NCBI RefSeq assembly: GCF_006345805.1
Contig: NC_043006.1
Coordinates: forward strand, 79,546,001 to 79,610,000
DNA length: 64,000 nt
Direction of reading: 5' to 3'
Source: Octopus sinensis
Lineage: Eukaryota
The notes below the pieces were generated by a model, which was given only the letters and a program-made list of their open reading frames with translations, searched no databases and had not been told where the DNA came from. Below are positions 39,201 to 52,400 of this stretch, piece after piece. Numbering within the stretch: the first letter of the stretch is position 1; every line of letters starts with the position of its first letter. The translations under genes were made by a program, and so were the position numbers.

Positions 39201-42200
39201 TTAACACACAAACAAAATTCATCATCTGAATAAAATCATGGAAGAAATCAAACACAACTGAGAAATTCTGAAACATTTTCTTCTTCGTTTTCTCGGTTGT
39301 TCACCTCCATTCCCACTTGAAGCTGTGACATTTAGTTTCCTTATCATGCTTGAACAATGACATTTATTTGCTCCTCTTTGCTTTTTGGGGAAATCAAATC
39401 TTATAAATATTATTTAACTCTTTCGTTGCCGTGTTTCTGTTGTAAAACACTGTCTTTGTTTCAATTAATTTTGAAAATAATGAAAACTTTAATGCAATAA
39501 CTGTGATTTATAAGCTAGCTGGCAGAATCGTTAGCATGTCTGGCAAAATGCCAGGTGGCGAGCTGGCAGAAATGTTAGCATACTGGGCGAAATGCTTAGC
39601 AGTATTTCGTCTGCTGCTACGTTCTGAGTTCAAATTCTGCCGAGGTTGACTTTGCCTTTCATCCTTTCAGGGTCGATTAAATAAGTACCAGTTACGTACT
39701 GGAGGTTGATGTAATCGACTTAATCCCTTTATCTGTCCTTTCCTGTCGCTAACCCTCACCTAGTGCCAAGCAAGGTAATATTTCTTCCAGATATTTTCCT
39801 CAGATGCCTAGAAATGGATAGCATTTGACAGTATGATGACATTTGCTTGTAACAATCATGCCCTGACAAGGGTACACAACATGCAAACACGTACATACAC
39901 ACACACACACAACAGGTATCTCTTTCATTTTTCATCTATTAAATCAACTCACAAGGTTTTGGTCAGCCCAGAGCTATTGTAGAAAGCTTTTACCCAAGGG
40001 GCCACAGAGTGGGATTGAACCTGAAACCATATTGTCAAGAAATCAAACTGAACCACTGGTAAACCTAAATATTAATTTCATAATTATCATCTCACAATTT
40101 TCAAATCAGAGTTGAAAGCAAAATATACATGCAAACTTAAAAGGACAAAGTTAGATCAGGATAAGCAAAATTGAAAAGAACATACACAAAGGTAAATAAA
40201 ATAAATGATAATGAAAAATTTCAATAATTACCTTCATACAAAATGGCAGTATTAATTCTAAATGACTTCGCAGGAATTTGGGTACATTGTCAGCTAGTTC
40301 AATCAGGCATTTAACAAGGCAGTCCTCATGGTCGGAATTTACACTTTCTGCTACTCCCTATAGAAAAAAAAAAAAAACATCCCTCATTGAATACACACAT
40401 ATACATATATACATGGACACACAAACCCCAACCACTCTTGTTTTGGTTAACATACTTGTTTGATTGGCAGGTGGATATAGTTTAATTTCAGGTAATGAAG
40501 GTATTACATTTTTTGCGTTCAGAATTTTACTCGTTACAAATAAGTAACGTTTTTAACAACCATTTTTCCATGCAGAATTCATTGAGGAAAGGCATCTAGC
40601 TGTAGATTTTCTACAGTTAGATGCCTTTCCTGTCATTGACCCCACCTATTTCCAGATCATTTCTCATAGAAAACTAAAACAATGGATACCACTTGTTTTA
40701 CAATAAGTGCACAATATTAAGACAAGGACACACAAACACACATATGCAACAGAGTTCATCATATATATATATAATGATAATGTATATAATCTAAATATAT
40801 GATTGAAAACTAACATAGAAAAAAAAAATGCTACTCTTTAATTGAAATTCCTGAAACGAAATCAGAAAGTCGACAAATTAAAAGATTTACCAATAACTTA
40901 CATTTATAATACCAGGAAGAAGTTCTCTGAAGTGGTTCAGAACATTTAACTGTTTTTCATTTGCTATTATAAATGCAGTTGTAGCGTGAACAGCTTCATA
41001 CCGAACCTAATGAAATACAAATGAGTAAATAGTAAAAAATCAAGTGTGAAGAAACAGAAAAAAAGAGAAAGGATTTGGTGTTGAAATTTTTTTTAGATAG
41101 TTAATACAACAATGAAACTTCAAATGATTAAGACCAGTGCTTCTTAAAGTAATTGGTACTGCTCCCTGCAGGGCAATGGAAAAATTTTATATGGGCTCTG
41201 GGGACTATGGTGATATATACATGAACCACAGCACAAAAAGTACATGACTTAGTTTGGCCAAAGCCACATGCTAAAGGCAGGGCCAATAATCAAGCACTGA
41301 TGTACCAAATATTTACTGAGAGTGGTTTTGTGGTTAGCAGTCACCCATGGCAGACTGCTACTTGAAACTAAACCTGATATTTAAAATGGAGAGAAAGAGT
41401 TTTCAATTGTAGTAAGGAAGGTGTTGTTAAAGTGCTAGTAAAAGAAGTGGGGGTGATAGTTTAACCCTTTAATATTTAAACTGGCCATATCCGGCCAAAA
41501 TAGTTAATCTGTTTTATGTTCAAACTTACCGGGTCCAGGCTCTCACACCTACTCTACAATGTTATTCTACATTAAGTAATTACACCATCAAGCTCTTGAA
41601 GATATGAGATAATGCATGATTAATTCAAACCAATGGGAATCAATAAGCATTATGTTTGATTGAATAATCTGAACGCTAAAGGGTTAAAAAAAGTCTGAGA
41701 AGACTGAATTGGGTATTAATTATAAAAGATGAATGCACTCCAACTGACAGCACACTGCCTTTTGATACCAACCCACCTGAGACTGCTGAGATATGAACTT
41801 CCAGTTTTACAGTGATCTAAATTTAAATTTTTTTATCTAAATGCTATTTCAATTTATGATCCAAATACCACCTGAATAATGGCTAAGTTATTTTACAAAA
41901 CTCTTCATTATTTTCATAATTAATTGAAACAAAGGCATTATATTTCAACAGAAACATTACAACAAAAGGGCTATTCTTGAATCACAAACTGACACAATGT
42001 CTTTTAAAGTGCATACCATGGTTTGGTAGGGGCTTAGTGCCAAGTCATTTAACATTTTGGTGCTAACCCATCCAAGACCATCTCTGATTCCATAATACAA
42101 ACTTACTATTTTAACCCTTTAGTGTTCAGATTATTCTATCAAACATAATGCTTATTGATTCCCATTGATTTGAATTAATCATGCATTATCTCATATCTTC

Positions 42201-45200
42201 AAGATCTTGATGGTGTAATTACTTAATATAGAATAACATTGTGGGGTAGGTGTGAGAGCCTGGATCTGGTCAGTTTGAACATAAAACAGATTAACTATTT
42301 TGGCCGGATATGGCCGGTTTAAATACTAAAGGGTTAAAGTGGTCTAAATTAAAAACTCCAATAAAAGATTTCCTGTTAGTTTGTAAAACCAAACACCAGC
42401 TTAATAATAACAATTATTTTACTAAATTCTTCATTATCTTAAACTTTATTTGAAAAAAAAAAAGTTTATTTTAACAGAAATATGATAACAAAAGGATTGA
42501 AGTTTGGATTAATCAAATTGGCAAAAGAAAATAAAAGAAATTTTAAATTATAAAAAAAAAAAAAAACTTGACTCACATCAATTGCTTTGTCTTGTAAACA
42601 CACCCCCAACATTCTTTTAATGGTATCCAAATGCTGATTTTGGGCAACACCAAAAACTCCAGGAACAGAGCTGAAATAGAAGTCAAATATTTACATTTAG
42701 AAATAAAACCTAAACTAGAATATATAATAAATAATATGCAACCTCAACTTAAATAGAAAGCAGAGCAGAAGCGGACTGAGTGTTAAAGATATCTCCCCAT
42801 GTGTGCAGTAGCAGTGATTACCATAAAAATCCCATGTAATTTGCGCAGGTGATTTTCAGGATAAAATTTGTTAAAAAAAAGCTAATCATGTAAAATTCAC
42901 ACCCAAAAGTTTTCAGAATTGCCGATATAGCCAGGAAAAAAAGGTTTTCAATTTAGTTGTATTTAGCATAACTTCACTTACTTATGATTAGATTTTATTA
43001 AATTTTCATTAAATAAAAATAATTTCTGTTTAATGGGTATCACATTGAAAGCTATTAAATTACAAAGTGTTTATGTTGTTTATAATAAACTTTATTTTAC
43101 ATTTCTTGCCTACAAGAGATTATGTCCTATCTTTAGCATACTGCTGTATGTCTTCTCAAATCACGATCCCAGGAAAAGTTGTTGATAAGAATCACCAACA
43201 AAAACAAAGCTGATAAATACGCACAGGTGTTGCAAATTAAGATGGATTACCAATAAACACCAGCTTGGATGACACTTTACTCAACTGACAGAGGAGGGTG
43301 ACCGATCAAGCTGATTATGTAAACAGAATTATTTTCCACCTATTCTTGTCGGAACCTTTGATACAGAGTATCAAAATTTTAATCCCTTACACACTTACAA
43401 AATGTCAAGCAAACTTTAAAATATGTCATTACCATTATTGTTAGTATGGGTAGAACTTATGAATCGTTTACTGCGAAGGAGAAATTAAATATGTTGAATA
43501 TGCATTTGAACATGGCAATTGAGCTGCAGGAAGGTATTTTAATGTTAACGAAGCCAATGTTTGAAATTGGCATAAACAGTATGACAAACTTAAAACTGCG
43601 CCTGGTAATAAACATACAAAAATAAAAACATACAATCAAGATTATCCATATCACTATATATGTCAATGGTGCTCCACTATGATAGGTAGAAACTCCAAGC
43701 AATGTAAAATATGACTCAGACTATGTTTACTAGCATGAATGTTAGACTTCAAAAAGTAATTAACCATTTAATGGTTTTAGTAAGTTCATATAGAAAAAGT
43801 AAGCATTATATCATCTAGCACAAAAAATAAAAGTCAACTTCATTATATTTAAGCCATTATTTTTTCCTGCGAAAACTTATTCTGACATGAAATGGGTCAG
43901 CTTCTGGTACGAAAGTCTACGTTTTGTACATCTTTTTCCAAAAAAATCCTGGAAATGATCTACTCATGTAATTCACACACCCACTAAAGTTTATTTTATT
44001 TTTGCAAAAAAAAAGTGCAGAAATTACATGGGTTTTTACGGTATGCTGTGCAGACATTGGAGTACTACATAGTCCTCCAACTTGTTAGATCCTGTCAGCC
44101 CATGCCAGCATGGAGGACAGCTGCTAAAAGATGAGAATGAAAAACACTTATTTGGTAGTGGAAGCATATTGAATGCTAAGAGTGAAAGATAAAAAATAAG
44201 TGGTGAGGCCTCAGGTCTTAGGGTGATGGGGACCACATAAACAAGATGACACATGACACAGGGTAATATGATATACTGAAGGCCTGTCTAACTAGTGAGG
44301 AAACCTCTATGGCAAGGGTCAACAGGCCTGCTAAATTTATTGCATCAGTGATGCTGCATACAAAAATTTGCGAAATCCATGTTTTTCTTACCCATCTTTG
44401 GGTAACGAATAATAAAACCCAGTATCAAAAAATAGAGCAAAAAGTCATGCTTTTTTGGCAGTGGCTTCAGATGGATAATTGTTTCACATTAATCCTTTAG
44501 GAAAAACATCCAGCTGTAGAAACTTTGGCAGATCAGATAGGGACTTGGTGCAGCCTTCTGGCTTGCCAGCCCTCAGTCAAACCGTCCAACCCTTGCCAGC
44601 ATGGAAAGCAGACATTAAACGACGACGACGATGAATTTAAACCAGCCATATCAGGCCCAAATATTCTATCTGTTTTATGTTCAAACCAGCCAGATCAGGC
44701 TTCTCACATCTACCCTACAATGTCATTCTAAACAACCAAATAATCAAAATCTCAAAGCTATAAGATAATGCCAAATTAATTCAAGACAATGTGAATAAAT
44801 AAGCATCACATTTGACAAGAGTTATCAGAATGCTAGAAGGTAAAGATATATAAACATTTCCCATCTGGCCTGCAAGAAAAAAGCATTTTAGCTACTTTAC
44901 CAAACTCTGTTTTTACATGCTCATCAGACCAGCTAGAAGTAACAACCAAATCTTTCACAAAACATTTTTTTTTTTAAGTGGGGTTGGCTATTGGACATTA
45001 TGGTCTGAGATGAACAATGCCTGAAAAATCTCAGTGATCATGACCAGAATGCTCACAAGCTTTGCATGATTAGGAATGGCCTGGGAACCATCCATCATCA
45101 ACTTGTCCGACTTATGGCAACAACGAAAAATAAATATTTAACAATGTTACAACAACATTCACTACCAATACGGCCACCATAATCATCTGAGACCCCCTTC

Positions 45201-46208
45201 GGTCAGACACTGACCATGGGCTTGCACCTAGAAAGTTACCTTCTGGGCAAGGTTATTTTTTATGGAAGACCAGCAGTCGCCCATGCATACCAGCCTCCCC
45301 TCTCCACACCACCAGTGTTATCCAAGGGAAAGGCAAAGGGGCCGATACAGCTTGGCACCTGTGACGTCGCAACTCATTTCTACTACTGAGTAAACTGGAG
45401 CAACGTGAAATAAAGTGTCTTGCTGAAGAACACAACACGCAGCCCAGTCCGGGATTCGAGCTCACAACCTCACAATCATAAGCTCGACACTCTAACCACT
45501 GAGCCATGTGCCTTCACACCATAATCATCACTGTTATTGTTACAGTAAAGACAATTATGTGAAATATTTTCTGTTTTTTAGTAGCTGCCGCCACCGCCAC
45601 CGCCACTTATTAATAATCATATCAGAGTGTATCCTATCTTTTAACTTACTACGATACAATGCTGATCTGTTAATGATTTGTTAGGCTATTACACAGCACT
45701 CCTATAGAGAATCATAAGAGCACATCCAAGTTTTCAACTTAACTATGCAGTCAAGGAATGTCTCCACCTCAAAATGGATAGCATGCCAGTATGCATCAGG
45801 CTTTGTCGTTGAGAGAACTCCTTAATTATACATCACTATCTGTTTCTAGACAAGTAAATTGGATCAGCAAACATTAATAACTGTATATTCTTTTATTCGT
45901 TTCAGTCATCCGACAGCGGCCATGCTGGAGCACCGCCTTTCGTCAAACAAATCGACCCCAGGACTTATTCTTTGTAAGCCTAGTACTTATTCTATAGGTC
46001 TCTTCTGCCGAACCACTAAGTTATGGGGACGGGAACACACCAACGCCAGTTGTCAAACAATAGTGGGGACACACACACACATATATATTGAAGAGCACAG
46101 GCTCAAAATGTAAAAGACTTTCTCACTTTCCCGGGTGTCAAACTAATACACCTGCTTGCTGTTCATACACCTGTCTTCGTGTTTTGTTTTTCTGTAAATT
46201 TCAGCCCA

Positions 46209-46260
<52 letters not shown>

Positions 46261-49200
46261 GACAGGCTTCTTTCAGTTTCTGTTTGCCAAACCCACGCAC
46301 AAGGCTTTGGTCGCCCTGAGGCTATAGTAGAAGGCACTTGCCTCCCACCAAGGTGCCCACGCAGTGGGACTGAACCCAGAACCATGTGGTTGGTAAGCAA
46401 GCTGCTTACCACACAGCCCTAAGCGACATATATAACAATGCCAGTCTTGTAAAATGAAATTCCCGGTTTAACTGGTAAACCACCATACCACTGACTCAGT
46501 TCACTGTGGTTAGCTTGAAATACATTTCCAATATCATTCACCTGATACAACTGATTGGTACACCTCACTCATTCGAGTTATTGGCTAAAAAGAAATCAAT
46601 ATTGATTTTTGTTGGGGTGGAGGGAGATCCAGATCAAAAGCGTTCAAAATCAATACAGTTGTTGTTGCTAGCAAAGCTATTTGTTATCTTAGTATTCCAT
46701 TTCATGTTGCAATGTTGCTAAAAAGAAAAACAAGATTCAGTTAGCTATTCAACACTAACGATTGTAATCTACTGAACTTACAAGTGTTTGTTGAATCGTT
46801 AGCTCCTGCACGCATTTTTTTTCTCTCCTTGTTTCTCTCCATGTTTCTTTTCTGTGTATCTTTCTGTTGAAGAGCGTAGGCTCGAAACGTAAAAAGACTT
46901 GTTTTATTTATATTCCTGAGCGCCATACTAATACAATTGTTTGTTTGTACTCCACATGCCTTTGTCTTTTGTTTATTTTCGTAAAGCTTCCCGTTATATA
47001 TATATATATATATATATGTATAGGCGCAGGTGTGGCTGTGTGGTAAGTAGCCTGCTTACCAGCCACATGGTTCTGAGTTTAGTCCCACTGCACGGCACCT
47101 TGGGCAAGTGTCTTCTACTATAGCCTTAGGCTGACCAAACCCTTTTGGGTGGATTTGGTAGACAGAAACTGAAAGAAGCCTGTTGTGTATATATATATAT
47201 ATATAATCATCGCTCCAGCATAGCCACAGTCAAATGACCGAAACAAGTAAAAAGAATAAAAAAAAGATATATATACATCATGCCGGTGGCACGTAAAAAG
47301 CACCATCCAATCGTGGCCGTTTACCAGACTCGTCTGGCACGTAAAAAGCACCCACTACACTCACGGAGTGGTTGGCGTTAGGAAGGGCATCCAGCCGTAG
47401 AAACATTGCCAGATCAGACTGGGCCTGGTGCAGCCTTCTGGCTTCCCAGACCCCAGTTGAACCGTCCAACCCATGCTAGCATGGAAAGCGGACGCTAAAC
47501 GATGATGATGATGATATGTACGTACATATGTATGTATGTATGCATGTGTGTAAAACAAACTGGCAGAATCATTAGCATAGCAGGTAAAATGCAGCAGCAT
47601 TTTGTCCATCTTTACATTTTGAGTTCAAATTCTACCAAGGTCCACTTTGCCTTTAGTTCTTTTGGGGAGGGGGAGGGGTCAATAAAATAAGTACCAGTTG
47701 AGCCATGCGGTCAATGTAATCGACTTAACCCCTCCCTTGAAATTGCTGGCCTTGAGCCAAAATTTGAAACATAAATATATTGTCTACTTGTGCTGTTTTA
47801 TATTTTTTTGCTTTTTTATTACTTGTCACAAAGAGGCTCCGTGACCCCACCACCACCATTTTTTGGTGGTGGTCGTGGTTGTGGTGGCAGCTTTGAAACT
47901 GATAGAAGGGAGGAAGTTATCCTCAAACCAGAGACCTGACTGAACTGTTTGAAATAGAGTGAACTCCACTAAAGATATTGGAGGACCAGGGAATCTTCGT
48001 GTGCCTACTTTTACTGGGTAGTGAATCAAGAACTCAGAAGAAAGAGAACCAGAAAAAAATACCACAAGGCACTTTGTCCGATGCACAAGCAATAACTTAG
48101 CCAATCTGTTGACCTGGGCTGGTATTTTATTTTACTCACCCCAAAAAGAATAAAATATAATAGTGACCTTGAAATTATTTGAACCTAAGAAACAGAGAGC
48201 CTGAATAAATAAAATGAGGCAGATCTTAATGACTGCAACAATTCACTATCTGAACGACAAAGATGAGGCAACTTCTATGCTTCATTTACAAGTACAATTT
48301 TCATGCTTTATTTGTAAACTAGCAGTATCGCCTGGCGTTGCTCAGGTTTGTAAGAGAAATAACTATATAAGCATTTTTAGAGAGTTATAGCCAAAAAATA
48401 GCAAAAAAAATGCATTAAAAATGGGGGAAAAAATTATGGTAAATTTTTTTTTAAATCATTGACTCTTCATAGACATTTTTAGAGAGTTATTTCCCTTATA
48501 TAATAGCGAAAAAATGCATTAAAAATGGGGGAAAAAATTATGGTAAATTTTTTTTTAATCGTAGACTCATCGTAGACGCGCGCTAATACCCAGAAGGGCT
48601 CGATATGAATCACGACTATAAGATACCCGGTTTTGGTTAAACTGCACCGCAAAATGTGGGAGTAGTTAGGAATCTAAATCGTAGAAGACAGACACACAAC
48701 TTCACTTTTATATATAAAGATATGTTACACATAGGCACAGGCATGGCTTTGCGGTAAGAAGTTTGCTTCCCCATCACACAGTTCGGGGTTCTGTCCTACT
48801 CTGTGGTACCTTGGGCAAGTGTTTTTAACTATAGCCTATTATAGACCAAAGCATTGTGAGTAGATCCGGTAGGCAGAAACTGAAAGGTAAGCACGCATGT
48901 GTGTGTGTGTGTGTGTGTGTGTGTGCCTTTGTGTCTGTGTTTGCCCCCATTTCACTGCCTGAGAGCTAGTGGTAGTGTGTTCCTGTCCCCATAACTTGGC
49001 AGTTTGACAAAAGAAGCTGATAGAATAGGTATCTGGCTTTAAAAGAATGGGTACTGGGGTCGATACATTCAACTAAAAGCTCTTCAAGGCACTTCTCCAG
49101 CATAGCCTCAGTCTAAAGACTGAAATGGGGGAAAAAATAAAGTTTCTTCCATGTAGCTTGGATATGTTAGGAGATAAATAGGTGAAGACTGATTTCATTT

Positions 49201-49390
49201 ATAGGTGTAGGAGTGGCTGTGTGGTAAGTAGCTTGATTATGAACCACATGGTTGCGGGTTCAGTCCCACTGCATGGCACCTTGGGCAAGTGTCTTCTACT
49301 ATAGCCTCAGGCCAACCAAAGCCATAAGAGTGGATTTGGTAGACAGAAACTGAAAGAAGCCCATCGTATATATGTATGTATGTGTGTGTG

Positions 49391-49444
<54 letters not shown>

Positions 49445-52400
49445 TGTGTATATGTTTGTGTGTCTTTGTCCCCAACATCACTTGACAACCGATGCTGGTG
49501 TGTTTACGTCCCCGTAACTTAGTGGTTCGGCAAAAGAGAATAAGTCCTGGGGACGATTTGCTCAACTAAAGGTGGTGCTCCAGCATGGCCACAGTCAAAT
49601 GACTGAAACAAGTAAAAGAGTAAAAGAGAGTACAGCTCATAGGTTACTTTTGATCAACTCCAGTTAATACCATTCAGAATGTCTATTGTAGACCATGCGT
49701 TGAGTATACCAAACCAACTGAAGTAAAGTGGAGTCTTGCACTTTGTTCAAGTACATACCATATCTGTAATTACACACCTATGTAGCAGAACTTGATCCTT
49801 TGATAAATAGAATGTACAAAAATAAAACCTGATGACTAGTGATAGTTATAGAGTTTTTTTTTTCTTTTGGCAGGAAGAATGGTTGAGCCTTGTAAAAAAA
49901 AACTGCTGACCACAGCAAATGATTTAATGAGTAATTAAAAAAATATAACATTTCTTCTATCTATATATGTGCATGTATATGATATACATATGTATATATA
50001 AGTGCATGCATGGCTGCATGGTTGAGAAGCCTGCTTCCCAAGCATGTAGCCTTGGGTTCAGTCTCACTGCATGGCACCTCAGACAGGCATTTTTGCTATA
50101 GCCCCAGGCCAATCAAATCCTTGCAAATGGATTTGGTCGACAGAAAGTGAAAGGTAGAGGTACAGGTGGGTGGGTGGGTGGGTGTCCCACCACCACTTGA
50201 TGGCCAACGTGAGTTCAATTTACTTCCTTGTAACTTTACAGTTTAGCAAAAGAGACAGACAGAATAACTACGGGGCGTGGTTTGTTTAACTAAAACCTTC
50301 AAGGCAGTGCTCCAGCATGGCCATAATTCAATAACTGAAACAAAGGATAAAAATGGCATGCCATCAAATTTATTTCTCAGACACCGTGTGAGATAAATAC
50401 CACTGCACAGCTCCCTAGAAAAGTCCTTTTTACTTTGTAACCTCTTGTTCACCAATATCGTTTGAGTGGGATTTTGTAGGTGGAGAGAGTACATGTGTGT
50501 ATGTGCATGTGTGTGTTTATCAGTGTAAACATTTTAATTTGGGATGGGATGAAATATATACCAAACTGAAACATGTAAAAGACTACACTCTTAAAGGCAA
50601 TACCCAAGCATAGCCGTAGTTCAAAAGATGCCAATAGAACAAACCTGTACAACATACACTCAAACATAGATATGCATGGGAAATAAAACATATTTTCAAT
50701 GTGTGTATGCACATAGTCTCTTTCTCTCTCTCTCTCAAATAGGTATGTGTGTGTATATGTTTGTTTTAGCACACACAAACAACAGAGATCCACATTAGTC
50801 TAGGTTAACTAGACAGGCATGTATAATCTTCACAGAAGTACAATAACCTTCAATGCTTGCTTGTATATGATTCATTCATATAGCTATATGTAGTGACCTG
50901 TTAGGTCACTGGGACACAAGTGAGGATTTCAATTTCATTCATTAAGTGGAGGGAAAACGCCTCACCGGCTGAAATATTCTCTTTTCAGCTCACTGACTAC
51001 AACAACATTCAGTGGTCTCAAGACATAAATAAAACGTAATAACAGCAAACTGGAATGGAAACCTGGTCAAAGACACTTCTTAAGTAGAATCTCATTTCAT
51101 CACTATTCAACAGAACTTTGTCTTGTAGGATTAGAGAGCAAATGTACCAGAAAATGCCAAATGTAGTTAGCATTAAATAGCAAATTAGATAATTACTTCC
51201 CCAAGCAAAACAGCCAAGAAATCTGATGTAAGAATGATCTGAAATTTCATATTGGGCGTGGAGAGTGAATAGGTATTCAGAAATATATGTTTAGTCAGAA
51301 GACCAAATCACAAACATTCTTTAAAGAAAAGAAAAAAACAATATAAAAAGTTCTAAGCTAAATTTATAACCCTACCACTCCCACTAACACAATCCACAAC
51401 TTTTCAATTCTCAATCCTTCCCTTCCTTCTTACACCATCTTTCATCTTTCTATCTAGAGTCACAGTCCACACTCTCTCCTGTTTGCCTTCAGTTGTAGGG
51501 ACCACTTTAGGCCTTTAACTTTGAGGCAATCAACACTACTGCTGGTGTCACAAAAACATAAAGAATCACCCAGTACATTCTGTAAAAGTAGTTAACATTG
51601 GTGCATAATACTGCCCTCCAAATGATCAGATCTTCTCAAACTGTTCAACCCATACCAGCATGGAAGTCAGATGTTAAATGATGGTGATGAGGATTATGAA
51701 TAACAAATCATTATATTGTCTCCTGTAATTATTTTCAGCTTGGTGGACAAAACCAAGCAATAAAAAGTGGAAACAAAGCACCAATTTATCTGGATATTCC
51801 CAACCATTTCACTATGCATGAAAATACTTAAATGAAATCTCTCTCTTTTCTCTTTTACTCTTTTCAGTCATTTGACTGCGGCCATGCTGGAGCACCGCCT
51901 TTAGTCGAGCAAATCAACCCCGGGACTTATTCTTTGTAAGCCCAGTACTTATTCTATCGGTCTCTTTTGCCAAACCGCTAAGTGACGGGGACGTAAACAC
52001 ACCAGCATCGGTTGTCAAGCAATGCTAGGGGGACAAACACAGACACACAAACATATATACACACACATATATATACACATATATACTACAGGCTTCTTTC
52101 AGTTTCCGTCTACCAAATCCACTCACAAGGCATTGGTCAGCCCGGAGCTATAGCAGAAGACACTTGCCCAAGATGCCACGCAGTGGGACTGAACCCGGAA
52201 CCATGTGGTTGGTTAGCAAGCTACTTACCACACAGCCACTCCTGTGCCTATCTACTCCTATCTACTAAAGATAAATAAAATTCTGAACTATAGGGCATTA
52301 TTTAAAAGTATTATTTATATTTGTGGTGGATGACAGAATCTGTTGAGCATGTAGGTAAAATATCTTGGAGTATTTGGTTCCATTCTGAGTTCAAACTTCA

